A stretch of 57,152 nt of DNA from Minisyncoccia bacterium (GCA_049297675.1 JBAQUS010000006.1:1-57152); one strand, 5' to 3'. Counted from the first letter of the stretch, positions 11,301 through 19,777 are shown. Numbers and translations: made by a program. Notes: a model not told the origin generated them from the sequence alone.

Positions 11301-11805
11301 GTGTTCCTGGAGGTACTGGTGTGGGTGTAGGTGTAACTGTTACAGAACCCATTGAATTGAGTTTTGCTCTAGTTACTGGACCTACGTAACCAGCAGCTGG
11401 AGTGATTCCATATTTTTGCTGGAATTTAACTACAGCAGCTCTTGTAGCTGGACCAAAGTATGATGTCTCAGCACCTGGTGAACCAGCCCCTGTTACAGCA
11501 ACTTTTGTATCAGCACTCATGTTAAGAACCTTTTGAAGATTCATAACATCAGTACCCTTACTACCGATTGTTAAGTTTGTGTTGAATGTGTAAGAACTCA
11601 TCATTGATGAAGAGGATGAAGAACTTCCACCTTGTCCTGCAAGTTGTGCTTGAAGCGATGCTATCGTTGCAAGCAAACTGTTTATCTGTGCTTGAAGATC
11701 ACCTGAAGTTTGAGCACCGGCCAGTGAAGGCACAAATGCAGAAACTGTCAAAGCCAATCCGACAGCACCAGCTGCCAACTTTGCAGTCATTGTTTTTGTT
11801 ATCAT
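8362..11805 (-). CDS. large secreted cell-surface protein with peptidoglycan-binding domain and T/S/G/V-rich beta repeats
   Basis: 1147 aa. In order it has a signal peptide, a coiled coil (LQAQINSLLATIASLQAQLAG), a poly-Ser run, a PG_binding_1-like segment (GSKGTDVMNLQKVL...FGPATRAAVVKFQQKYGI) and about 950 aa of low-complexity beta-type repeats. Confidence 0.8.
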   Translation of the reverse strand: MITKTMTAKLAAGAVGLALTVSAFVPSLAGAQTSGDLQAQINSLLATIASLQAQLAGQGGSSSSSSSMMSSYTFNTNLTIGSKGTDVMNLQKVLNMSADTKVAVTGAGSPGAETSYFGPATRAAVVKFQQKYGITPAAGYVGPVTRAKLNSMGSVTVTPTPTPVPPGTPQPLPSGGSVMVTAGAQPANSLAPQSASRIPFTTLVLTAGSSDVTVNSITVERGGLAQDAVFSGIVLLKSDGTQIGIAKTLNSNHQAMVGEPWVIKAGTSQTVTVAGNMGSSLGSYAGQVVGLNVVAVNTSGSVSGVLPLSGAMHTVNATLTLGSAQMAVSSFDPNSAQTKEIGTTNYKFAGVRVTAGSAEQVRLWSIRWNQTGSASSQDFANLMVYVDGTAYPTTVSADGKYFSANFAGGILIDKGNSKDVYIQGDVIGTGAAGRTVQFDIYKTTDVYVSGVTYGYGITPTAGTTGTASTASEFTTGTPFFSGSVVTVSAGSVTTIQKATSVAAQNIAVNVPNQVLGGFDTDLKGEPISVQSMVFTVASSSGSGTGLLTNVSIVDSNGAVVAGPVDGVYSSATTQTLTFTDTVTFPVGLKTYTLKGKVASGIGNGTVYAVTTVPSTGWTNVTGQTTGNTISLTANGTFTMNNMTVKAAALAVSVSATPSAQNIVAGSQGVLLANLQFDASQSGEDTRFSSITLTNGGSLTTSGASSCQLWDGSVALNTGSNVVNPTSATPSFTFDQQFVVPKGTVKTLGLKCNVSSGASGTFIFGITSAQIGAISITGVTSSNSVTATGSTGTGQTMTTSSGALVVSTDSSSPSASVVAAGSTGNTAAVIKFRASNEGVNLTRLALKLTSGSSSDLVQVSVWDGATQVGTAVFTGGNTVATSTFNSPVSLPKDADKTLTVKVDLAAVGTSQPGTQGSVVKVDVNNNDSTGTQGTGVGSGNTINATGSTSVAGVRLFKSYPTLALDTLGSTGIADGRLMRFKVTANSAGAVGVAQMKFTLSTTSASVTNIQLFAYTDSSYSSPVSGQGTSGQVGSTVSTAINGTAFTMGVGTTPVQVPSGSTIYFELKGSVSGVTTGSSVVATLLGDSSYTSNLTSGFNVATSGAATSTGNFVWSGNATSTSGVHDIDWSNGYVLPGLSSSGLIQTRSN

Positions 11806-12163
11806 AAATTTTTAATAAAACAACCTCTTCTATTTTTTACTTTTAATATTCTAATAATTTTATAGAAGAAAGTCGCCTGAAATACTTTTACTACTTAATA
11901 ATACCCTTAATAATACTTGAAAAATCCGAACCAGTTTCCTGACCAAGATTCTCCACATACTATTTTTCCACCTTAAGTTTTTGCATATCCACTTTCACAT
12001 TCCCACATATGGCAGGACCGAAAGAAAAAGTGCAAATTCGACACAAGATGAAAAATATAGATGAAAATTTTAGACTGAATTTCTGGAAATAACTGAAACA
12101 AAGGAACTTACTCTTGAGTTCAGAAAGTAACGACAAAAAGTCGTAAACAAAAATCCTTATTTA

Positions 12164-12237
12164 CCCCCGAACTAATCAGTGTGAACAAAATCAAAAAGAA
12201 AGTCAGTTGGTGATTACACACACTGATTAGTTCGGGG
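12164..12237. repeat. CCCCGAACTAA hairpin element (74 nt), intergenic
   Basis: CCCCCGAACTAATCAGTGTG...CACACTGATTAGTTCGGGG. Confidence 0.8.
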
Positions 12238-12546
12238 ATTTAATTGTCAAAGAACTTATTCTTACAGAAATAAAACCAGAAAAAAGTATGTATATAAGGT
12301 GCTGTTGCACCCTATATAGAGATATTATATATAGTAAATATCCTCTCTTCAAATCTGGTTGTGTGGATAACTCGTGGATTTTAGCCTTTTTTTACTAAAA
12401 ATAACCACGAAATCATCTCCACTGCATTATTTCAAAAAGAATATCAAAAGTCAATTGAGTATTGACTTTACGTTTTGTGGTCTAATATTTCACTAAAACC
12501 CGGAAACCTTATAAGAACCACAAAATGATAGACGTGAGACTGTATA

Positions 12547-13506
12547 TTATGTTACTAAGCTATATTTACTCCACCTTCTTTCGCCAGTTTTTCTTATAGC
12601 ACCCATTGATATTAGGGAAATTAACTCTCTCTGAATGGTTTTCTCACTGCAATCTTTTACCACCTGTGCAATATCTTTTATTGTAAGCTCCTTTTTTCTC
12701 CTCAGAAGGTTTATTATTATATTTTGTCTGTTAGACTTACTAGGTAATTCCGCATTTAATACCTGTGTGTCCTTTAGAATTCTCGGTGGACTAATTTCTG
12801 ATACTTTATTGGATTCTAGGGAAATATTTTTAGTAAAGTTCGTATTTTTTTCCTTCTCTGTTACATTAAAAAAATCTCTAGGTAATGGACTTCCAGCACC
12901 ACCTTTAATGTCCTCGTGAGATATATTAAACATAGTTATAAGATTCGAAAACTCCTGCTTCAAAACTGAAAAATTCATAGGGGAAATCAACCCTCCAAGA
13001 GATGAAATCTCTAACATCGAAACTAGCTCAAGAACAGAAGTCCTGACTCTTTGTATATAATCAAAAAGTCCTGATTCAGGTATGTCTTTATATAAAATCA
13101 TAAGCGAAGCAAGTTCGGAAGATTTTTTTCTCAAACTCCACTTCATTGGTTCATGATCAGAGAGTAAATTAGTGACCAAATAAATGGCAGATGCCAGCTT
13201 TTCTGTCTTTTTGTGCGCATGTATAAAAACCTCGCTTCTACTAATAAATGGCTTATCCTGAAGGCTACTTCTATCAGACAGATCCATTTTGTCCTTATTA
13301 ATGTCCATTATATTTATACTTTGTCCTAAATTTGGCTTATTGATGTCCTTTTCTTGTCTTATATAGTACCACCTGTCCTTTATTTCGTCAATACTTGAAA
13401 TTATATACCCATTAAGGACACCTAGCAAGTTTTGACTGTAGTAGACCATAACTTCTCTTGTGTGTTCAGATTTGAGACTTTCTCTGTTAGAATATGGGTA
13501 TGTCAA
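12547..13506 (-). CDS. hypothetical protein with C-terminal winged-helix DNA-binding domain
   Basis: 319 aa. The C-terminus reads LTIKDIAQVVKDCSEKTIQRELISLISMGAIRKTG. Confidence 0.5.
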   Translation of the reverse strand: MTYPYSNRESLKSEHTREVMVYYSQNLLGVLNGYIISSIDEIKDRWYYIRQEKDINKPNLGQSINIMDINKDKMDLSDRSSLQDKPFISRSEVFIHAHKKTEKLASAIYLVTNLLSDHEPMKWSLRKKSSELASLMILYKDIPESGLFDYIQRVRTSVLELVSMLEISSLGGLISPMNFSVLKQEFSNLITMFNISHEDIKGGAGSPLPRDFFNVTEKEKNTNFTKNISLESNKVSEISPPRILKDTQVLNAELPSKSNRQNIIINLLRRKKELTIKDIAQVVKDCSEKTIQRELISLISMGAIRKTGERRWSKYSLVT

Positions 13507-15734
13507 AAAAAGATAAGAAAGTGCAGAAAGGAGAAAGGCGAAAAAGTGATGAAGAATACAGTGAAAATGGTTACCTTAAGAATGAGACTGTCCGAGCAAT
13601 CGTGGCAGTGGCCTTTTTTGTCTTTGGTGTTTTTCTTGTTTTATCATCAGCTCTATTAGAGAAGGCTGGGTTTGTTGGTAGAGGAACATACACAGTACTA
13701 CACTACCTTTTTGGTATAGGATACTATCTACTACCCTTGCTCTTTTTTATACTTAGCTTTTCCTTCTTCAGATCACTGCACAAAAGACTGGCTTTGACAC
13801 ACAGCATAGGGGGATTTCTTTTTTTTGTATCTTCACTTTCTCTAATAAACATAGTTGACGAAGAATCTGGAGGGGTTATTGGAGGATATATCTCAACTCC
13901 ACTTTTATCACTATTTGAAGTGCCTTTTACTGTTGTAACACTCGTGGCGTTTGTGGTTATTTCCTTACTTGTTATGTTTGATGCACCACTAAAATTTACA
14001 TTCCTCCAGTATCTTTTCCCTTCTTTATTTAGAAAAAAGGAAGACAATGTTGAAGTGGAGGACACTTCTCCGGAACTTATAATTGCAAACCCGGAACAAT
14101 TGCTATCTCTAAAGGAATCAAAAATTGAAGCCGAAAAACTGGAAAGAAACAGGGATAGAAAACAGGATAGTCCTGAGAAAAAAGATGAGCTTGGCTTTGC
14201 TCCCCTACTTTTAAATATTAGAGATTACAACCCACCTCCACTTTCTCTACTACAGCAAGATAGAGGTAAACCAGGAGTTGGTGATATAAAAGCAAACTCA
14301 AATATAATAAAGAGAACTCTTCAAAACTTTGGCATAAACGTTGAGATGGATGAAATCTCCATCGGTCCGTCCATTACTCGTTATGCCTTAAAACCAGCTG
14401 AAGGTGTAAAGCTTTCCAGAATTGTTGCCTTACAAAACGACTTATCTCTTGCTCTAGCCGCTCATCCTATAAGAATCGAGGCTCCTATACCTGGAAAATC
14501 ACTAGTTGGGATAGAGATCCCAAACAGCACAAAAACGACGGTTGGTTTAGGAACTCTTCTTTCAACACCAGAATTCCAGAATTCAGAGGTCCCACTTATG
14601 GTCTGTCTTGGGAAAGGCATATCAGGCATGTCATATTTTGGCAACTTAGCTAAGGCTCCACACATGTTAATAGCTGGAGCTACTGGATCAGGAAAATCTG
14701 TGGCAATACACACTGTCATAACTTCCCTACTTTATAGAAACTCACCTGACAACTTGAAATTTATTATGATTGATCCGAAAAGAGTTGAGCTTACTCTTTA
14801 TAACAAAATACCTCACCTTCTCACACCTGTTATAACTGAGGCTAAAAAGACTATCCTAGCTCTGAAATGGGCAGCAAAAGAGATGGATAGACGGTACGAT
14901 ATCCTCCAGGCGGAAGGGCTTCAAAACATCTCCTCATATCACAAAAATATTGTTGATCCAGAAATAAAAAAGAGAAAAAGCAAAAAATCTGATGAAGATG
15001 ACAAACCATTTGAAACTATGCCATATATAGTGGTGGTGATTGATGAGCTCGCTGATATCATGCAAGCTTACCCAAGAGAGCTCGAATCAGCTATTGTGCG
15101 TCTAGCACAAATGTCTCGAGCTGTAGGAATACATCTTATACTCTCCACCCAGAGACCATCTGTAAATGTTATTACTGGCCTAATCAAAGCAAACATTCCA
15201 TCCAGAATAGCTCTTCAGGTGGCATCACAAATCGATTCCAGAACAATTCTTGATATGTCAGGAGCAGAAAAACTTCTCGGTGCTGGCGATATGCTCTACC
15301 TCTCTGGAGAAATGAGTCAACCACAGAGAATTCAATCTGCCTACATATCTGAAAGTGAAACTAAATCAGTCGTAAAATACCTGTCAGATAACTACGCAGA
15401 TGATCTACCGAGTGAAATAAATCTCTCTGGAGAAGCGAGGGGATCGGAGCAGAAAAACAACATTTTCGACGCCACACTTGATGAGAAAGAGATAGAAGAT
15501 GAGGACGACCTATACGATGATGCTAAGCAAACTGTCATGGAAGCTGGAAAAGCTTCGACCTCTTACCTTCAAAGAAAACTTGGTGTAGGATACGCTAGAG
15601 CAGCTAGACTTATAGATATGCTTGAGGAAAAAGGAGTGATTGGTCCTGGCTCAGGAGCAAAACCAAGAGAGATTTTTGGAAGCGGACAAAGCACCGAGAA
15701 AGAAGATGAAAAAGACGAAGAGAGTCTAGTATGA
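13494..15734 (+). CDS. ftsK: DNA translocase FtsK/SpoIIIE
   Basis: N-terminal TM helices, Walker A GATGSGKS, VVVIDELADIM, and a C-terminal gamma wHTH (TSYLQRKLGVGYARAARLIDMLEEKGVIG). Confidence 0.9.
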   Translation: MGMSKKDKKVQKGERRKSDEEYSENGYLKNETVRAIVAVAFFVFGVFLVLSSALLEKAGFVGRGTYTVLHYLFGIGYYLLPLLFFILSFSFFRSLHKRLALTHSIGGFLFFVSSLSLINIVDEESGGVIGGYISTPLLSLFEVPFTVVTLVAFVVISLLVMFDAPLKFTFLQYLFPSLFRKKEDNVEVEDTSPELIIANPEQLLSLKESKIEAEKLERNRDRKQDSPEKKDELGFAPLLLNIRDYNPPPLSLLQQDRGKPGVGDIKANSNIIKRTLQNFGINVEMDEISIGPSITRYALKPAEGVKLSRIVALQNDLSLALAAHPIRIEAPIPGKSLVGIEIPNSTKTTVGLGTLLSTPEFQNSEVPLMVCLGKGISGMSYFGNLAKAPHMLIAGATGSGKSVAIHTVITSLLYRNSPDNLKFIMIDPKRVELTLYNKIPHLLTPVITEAKKTILALKWAAKEMDRRYDILQAEGLQNISSYHKNIVDPEIKKRKSKKSDEDDKPFETMPYIVVVIDELADIMQAYPRELESAIVRLAQMSRAVGIHLILSTQRPSVNVITGLIKANIPSRIALQVASQIDSRTILDMSGAEKLLGAGDMLYLSGEMSQPQRIQSAYISESETKSVVKYLSDNYADDLPSEINLSGEARGSEQKNNIFDATLDEKEIEDEDDLYDDAKQTVMEAGKASTSYLQRKLGVGYARAARLIDMLEEKGVIGPGSGAKPREIFGSGQSTEKEDEKDEESLV

Positions 15735-16081
15735 GAAACAGCTCAAATAAACTTAAAATAGCCTTTCTTGTCCTCTTTGGCATAATAATACTTTCTTATA
15801 CCCTATTTCAATCTCAAAAACTCTTATCTGGACCTGTTGTAAAAATCATTAGCCCACAAAACGGACAAACCTTTAACCAAGCACTTATACTAATAGAAGG
15901 TACAGCAAAAAACATCTCACGCATCAACCTAAACGACAGACAAATATATACAGATAATAATGGATACTTTAAGGAGAAATTTCTTCTTTCTTCTGGATAT
16001 AATGTCATAAAAATAGATGCGGTGGATAAATTTAAAAAATACACAGAAAATAGATTGGAACTTATACTGAAAGAGTACTGA
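15731..16081 (+). CDS. hypothetical membrane-anchored protein
   Basis: 116 aa with an N-terminal TM helix. Its ATGA overlaps the ftsK stop. Confidence 0.5.
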   Translation: MRNSSNKLKIAFLVLFGIIILSYTLFQSQKLLSGPVVKIISPQNGQTFNQALILIEGTAKNISRINLNDRQIYTDNNGYFKEKFLLSSGYNVIKIDAVDKFKKYTENRLELILKEY

Positions 16082-16137
16082 CACAGACAATAGGTTACGT
16101 CAATTGTGGCGTTTTTACATAATAGGAGTAGAATTGC

Positions 16138-16222
16138 CCACGAATGACCCACTAATGAAATCCCACGAATTTTACGAATAATGCATTTCATTCGTTATGA
16201 TTCGTGAGAGCCAATTCGTGGG
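16138..16222. repeat. ACGAAT-family variant element (CCCACGAAT...ATTCGTGGG)
   Basis: CCCACGAATGACCCACTAATGAAATCCCACGAATTTTACGAATAATGCATTTCATTCGTTATGATTCGTGAGAGCCAATTCGTGGG. Confidence 0.6.
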
Positions 16223-16269
16223 TGATTGGTGGATATATTTAATTGATAAATAATAACAAACAACAATGA

Positions 16270-16391
16270 ATCCCGTTAGAAACCGCGGTCGCTAGTAAAA
16301 TTATTAGCAATATGTTAGAAAATTATTAAATAATTAATATAGGAACGGGGAAGTGGTTAAAATTTGACCGCGACCTGTTTCTAAACGGGAT
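16270..16391 (+). repeat. CCCGTTAGA-family element (122 nt) ending on the recA start codon
   Basis: ATCCCGTTAGAAACCGCGGTCGC...GACCGCGACCTGTTTCTAAACGGGAT followed by G, flanked by ATGAA on both sides. The ssb copy is near-identical. Confidence 0.85.
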
Positions 16392-17490
16392 GAACAAGAA
16401 AAAAACACCAAAAGCTGAGCGAGAACCAGTTGGAACAGCCAATGTTGAAAACACCTTGCGTGAAATCCGAACCAAATTCGGGGATGACTCCATTATGATG
16501 CTCGGCGACAAACCCCACGTAGATGTTGATGCCATCTCAACTGGATCCATTGGACTAGACGCCGCCTTGGGTGTTGGTGGGCTACCACGTGGAAGAATAA
16601 TAGAAATTTTCGGACCGGAGTCATCAGGTAAAACTACCCTATCTCTTCATGTTGTAGCCGAAGCCCAAAGAAAAGGTGGAATTTGCGCATTCATAGACGC
16701 AGAACACGCCATGGATCCAGAGTATGCCAAAAGGCTTGGAGTAAAGACTGATCAGCTACTTATCTCCCAGCCGGACAACGGCGAACAGGCACTTGAAATA
16801 GTAGATTCTCTGGTCCGTTCAGGAAAGATAGATGTTATTGTTGTTGACTCCGTTGCCGCCCTTACCCCAAAGGACGAGATTGAGGGAGATATGGGTGCTC
16901 ATCATGTCGGAAAGCAAGCAAGACTTATGTCACAGGCTCTTCGTAAGCTCACTGCCATCGTTGCCAAATCAAAAACAATAGTCATTTTCCTAAACCAAAT
17001 CAGAATGCAAATCGGTGTGATGTTTGGAAATCCTGAAACCACTCCAGGAGGCAAGGCTTTGAAATTTTACACTTCTGTACGACTAGATATAAGAAGAATC
17101 GCCCAGATAAAAAAAGGTGAAGAAATAATGGGAGGAAGAATCCGAGTGAAGGTTGTAAAAAACAAAGTAGCCGCACCTTTTAAGCAAACAGAGTTTGACC
17201 TTATGTACAACGAAGGCATCTCTCGCGAGGGTGAACTCATTGCTCTCGGTGAAAAAATGGGAATCATTTCAAAATCAGGAACATCATACTCATACGGGGA
17301 AGAAAAACTCGGTCGTGGTTACGATTCTACCCGTCAGTTTTTGAAAGACAAAGCCAATAAAAAAATCGCAGACAGTATTCTGAAAGACATCCGCGAAGGC
17401 CTCAAGAAAAATGGTGGATCAGTTGTTAGTCCTTCGTCGGACTCAGGATCTGCGACAAGTGGTGGTGAAAGTGAATCAAGCAGTGAGTAA
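16390..17490 (+). CDS. recA: recombinase RecA
   Basis: 366 aa with Walker [10 protein letters not shown] and [18 protein letters not shown]. Collinear with RecA over the full length. Confidence 0.97.
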   Translation: MNKKKTPKAEREPVGTANVENTLREIRTKFGDDSIMMLGDKPHVDVDAISTGSIGLDAALGVGGLPRGRIIEIFGPESSGKTTLSLHVVAEAQRKGGICAFIDAEHAMDPEYAKRLGVKTDQLLISQPDNGEQALEIVDSLVRSGKIDVIVVDSVAALTPKDEIEGDMGAHHVGKQARLMSQALRKLTAIVAKSKTIVIFLNQIRMQIGVMFGNPETTPGGKALKFYTSVRLDIRRIAQIKKGEEIMGGRIRVKVVKNKVAAPFKQTEFDLMYNEGISREGELIALGEKMGIISKSGTSYSYGEEKLGRGYDSTRQFLKDKANKKIADSILKDIREGLKKNGGSVVSPSSDSGSATSGGESESSSE

Positions 17491-17507
17491 CGAACGAACG
17501 CAAAATC

Positions 17508-17683
17508 TCTTTCTCACCAAATCTTTTTCCAGACCGCTCGCTTTTCCGGCGAAAAGCTCTCTTTGTCCTCGACCTTGATTTGTCAATGAGCCTCACTTCG
17601 CTCGGACTTTGACAAAACCGTGCTTCACAGGTCTGCGGAGTCTTCCAAAAGATTTGGCTCAACGAGATTTTGCTAGTGGTTAT
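17508..17683. terminator. long nested imperfect hairpin between the recA 3' end and the convergent minus-strand cassette
   Basis: GCAAAATCTC...CCAAATCTTTT...CAGACC pairs with GGTCTG...AAAAGATTTGG...GAGATTTTGC. The inner hairpin is TTTGTCAATGAGCC...GGACTTTGACAAA. Confidence 0.4.
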
Positions 17684-17808
17684 TTCCTTATAGATGCCAA
17701 GGGTGCCCCTTGGCATCTATTCGTGTAATGAAAAAGGACTCGGGGTCGGGCGCCTAGCACCTTTCCCATGAGCCCCATTACTTGCCGGCGAGAGGCCTTA
17801 GGCTCTCA

Positions 17809-17931
17809 CTACTCACTCGCTCGCCAGAGCAACCTGACAACCTTGTAGAAGCAGTAAAATGCCCTACAAAAGCTGTAAATTGCCCCGGCGATAAGTCCAA
17901 TGAAAACCAAAGATAGAAAGGTGTACCACAT
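17809..17931 (-). CDS. 40-aa hydrophobic peptide (candidate small membrane toxin or holin-like peptide)
   Basis: GGAGGTCAC precedes the ATG. Translation is MWYTFLSLVFIGLIAGAIYSFCRAFYCFYKVVRLLWRASE. An 11-bp perfect hairpin (CACTTGGACAT-CGG-ATGTCCAAGTG) lies just upstream of the SD. Confidence 0.4.
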   Translation of the reverse strand: MWYTFLSLVFIGLIAGAIYSFCRAFYCFYKVVRLLWRASE

Positions 17932-18018
17932 GTGACCTCCTCACACTTGGACATCCGATGTCCAAGTGATACGGCTCAACTAGCGAGACGGCCCTCTGGC
18001 AGTCTCGGAGTCGACCGG

Positions 18019-18165
18019 TTAGTTCAATTCGTTCTCAGCATAGTACAACACGCGAACCGTGTCATATCCATCCGAGGTAAGAACCAGAACTTGTCCTGGT
18101 TCAAGGTTGTTACGGTCGAGAAAACGAGAGTAGTACCGCGACCCCTGGAAACCACGGGTTACCAC
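18019..18165 (-). CDS. possible 48-aa ORF (GTG start), hypothetical
   Basis: AAGGTG lies 7 nt upstream of the GTG. Translation is VTRGFQGSRYYSRFLDRNNLEPGQVLVLTSDGYDTVRVLYYAENELN. The start is uncertain, and this could be the frameshifted remnant of a longer gene. Confidence 0.25.
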   Translation of the reverse strand: MVTRGFQGSRYYSRFLDRNNLEPGQVLVLTSDGYDTVRVLYYAENELN

Positions 18166-18192
18166 CGTCGAACACCTTTAGATGCCATTTTT

Positions 18193-18459
18193 TCACGATT
18201 TCCTCCTGATTTCCTTAACTCTCTCCCAGACTTCTTCTGGAGTTAGAGACGAATCAAAGTCGTCTGAGATAGATTCCTCCTCCCAGTTAACCGAATTCCC
18301 ATTCCCAATGACAATCCGAGTGAACTCAATCGTCCAGTCGACCATCTCACTGTACTCGCGAAATGGTCCAACTGTGACAACTTGTTCATTTCTCCTGTCA
18401 TCAGAGTCAGAACTGGGCAGGCGTCCACCCCAGTATACATGAAACCTTCTCATGTGCAT
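18193..18459 (-). CDS. hypothetical acidic protein (88 aa) in G+C-rich cassette
   Basis: ORF preceded by GAGGTG and the consensus promoter at 18478-18507. No family recognised. Confidence 0.5.
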   Translation of the reverse strand: MHMRRFHVYWGGRLPSSDSDDRRNEQVVTVGPFREYSEMVDWTIEFTRIVIGNGNSVNWEEESISDDFDSSLTPEEVWERVKEIRRKS

Positions 18460-18477
18460 GTAGCACCTCTACCCACA

Positions 18478-18507
18478 ATTATACACATAAATATAGAATT
18501 TTGTCAA
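18478..18507 (-). promoter_or_regulatory. consensus sigma70 promoter for the G+C-rich cassette
   Basis: Reverse strand reads TTGACA, an 18-nt spacer, then TATAAT, about 18 nt upstream of the ATG at 18459. Confidence 0.55.
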
Positions 18508-18548
18508 GTAGAAAATATGGCTTAAATAAGCTATATTGTTTCCTACTT

Positions 18549-18650
18549 GTCCCGTTAGAAGTAGAGATGAAATTCTTGATACGGGAAATTTCAAATTAAA
18601 ATTTAGCTTTAATCCATTTGGTCAAAAGCCATATGGACTTCTAATGGGAT
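18549..18650 (+). repeat. CCCGTTAGA-family element (~100 nt) ending on the efp start codon
   Basis: ACTTGTCCCGTTAGAAGTAGAG...GGACTTCTAATGGGAT followed by G. Confidence 0.65.
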
Positions 18651-19227
18651 GTCACAATTGGACTATTCAGAAATAACAGAAAAGAAGTATATTGTTTACA
18701 ACGGAGAGCCGTGGGAGGTTTTGACAAGCCACGTTTTTCGAAAACAGCAGAGAAAACCTGTTAATGCTACCAAACTGCGAAATCTAATTACGGGCAAAGT
18801 GACAGAGCAATCTTTCCACGTCTCAGAAAAAGTGGAGGAAGCGGAGATTGATACGAGAGAAGCAAAATTTTTATTTGCTAACCGCGGACAATACACTTTC
18901 TGCGATCCAAAGGATCCTTCTAACCGATATTCCCTAACAGATGACTTTATTGGAGTTAGAGGAAAATTTCTGAAAGCCAATTCTGTTATTGAAATACTTT
19001 CCTTCAAAGAAAAAAATATTAGCATTAAGATGCCAATCAAAGTTGAACTGAAAGTTGTCGAGGCTCACCCTGCCGTCAAAGGCAACACTGCCCAAGGCGG
19101 AACTAAGTCAGTCAAACTCGAAACAGGTGCAGAGATACAAGTCCCAATGTTTATAAAAGAAGGTGAGATCGTCAAGGTCAACACCGAAACCGGCGAATAC
19201 ACCGAACGAGCTTCGTCTGGATTTTAA
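18649..19227 (+). CDS. efp: elongation factor P
   Basis: 192 aa, collinear with EF-P over its three domains. Confidence 0.95.
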   Translation: MSQLDYSEITEKKYIVYNGEPWEVLTSHVFRKQQRKPVNATKLRNLITGKVTEQSFHVSEKVEEAEIDTREAKFLFANRGQYTFCDPKDPSNRYSLTDDFIGVRGKFLKANSVIEILSFKEKNISIKMPIKVELKVVEAHPAVKGNTAQGGTKSVKLETGAEIQVPMFIKEGEIVKVNTETGEYTERASSGF

Positions 19228-19670
19228 ACTTCTCCCAGACCAATCAACCACTTTTGGTGCCCTTTTTCTAGCATTCTTTTTATTAGTTTGGGAAAAAGTG
19301 ACGGAAACAAACCCCTCTGAACTTCCTCAGTAATGACTAATGTTCCTCCATTTTGAGGAATAAGTCTAAAGCCATGATAACCAGAAGCTAAAAACTCTTT
19401 GGCTGTCCAACCTAAACTTTCATTTTCCTTCCACTCAACAACTTTCGATTTTACATTTATGAAAAATGTCCGCCATTTAAATTCTTTTCCTAGAGAAAGA
19501 AAATCACTATCTATTTTAATACCCTGGCAGTTAGAATACCAAGTTGGCCAGTTTCTAGCTAAAACAAGTTTCTTCCAAACTATTTGTGGAGGTGATGGTA
19601 CAAAGAAAGAATTGTAAGATTGAACTGGATAGTCTTTTGGATCAATTCCCGCTGGCCAAAATATATTCAT
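19224..19670 (-). CDS. SRPBCC-superfamily (polyketide cyclase/START-like) protein
   Basis: 148 aa with a W-rich pattern typical of SRPBCC ligand-binding proteins. Weak assignment. Confidence 0.5.
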   Translation of the reverse strand: MNIFWPAGIDPKDYPVQSYNSFFVPSPPQIVWKKLVLARNWPTWYSNCQGIKIDSDFLSLGKEFKWRTFFINVKSKVVEWKENESLGWTAKEFLASGYHGFRLIPQNGGTLVITEEVQRGLFPSLFPKLIKRMLEKGHQKWLIGLGEV

Positions 19671-19777
19671 CTTCTAATTATAACAAAGACACTAATGATT
19701 GCTGAAGTGTATTTTTTTATCTAAATCCAAACTTGCAAAAAAATGTGGTAATGGTATAAAAATCAAGGAGGTCTAAA

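Noticed and set aside
8456-11807. Plus-strand ORFs antisense to the 1147-aa surface protein gene (up to 171 aa)
   Set aside because: They are shadow ORFs of a compositionally biased, repeat-rich gene. They have no start context and no recognisable domains.
12291-12318. Palindrome TATATAAGGTGC-TGTT-GCACCCTATATA in the long spacer upstream of the surface protein gene (operator or dif-like site?)
   Set aside because: It is a single occurrence and does not match the XerCD dif architecture (11-6-11). No adjacent regulator can be tied to it.
17426-17716. 96-aa minus-strand ORF overlapping the recA 3' end
   Set aside because: It lies within the long nested hairpin/terminator region and begins in the palindrome ATGCCAAGGGGCACCC. 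It is not supported as coding.
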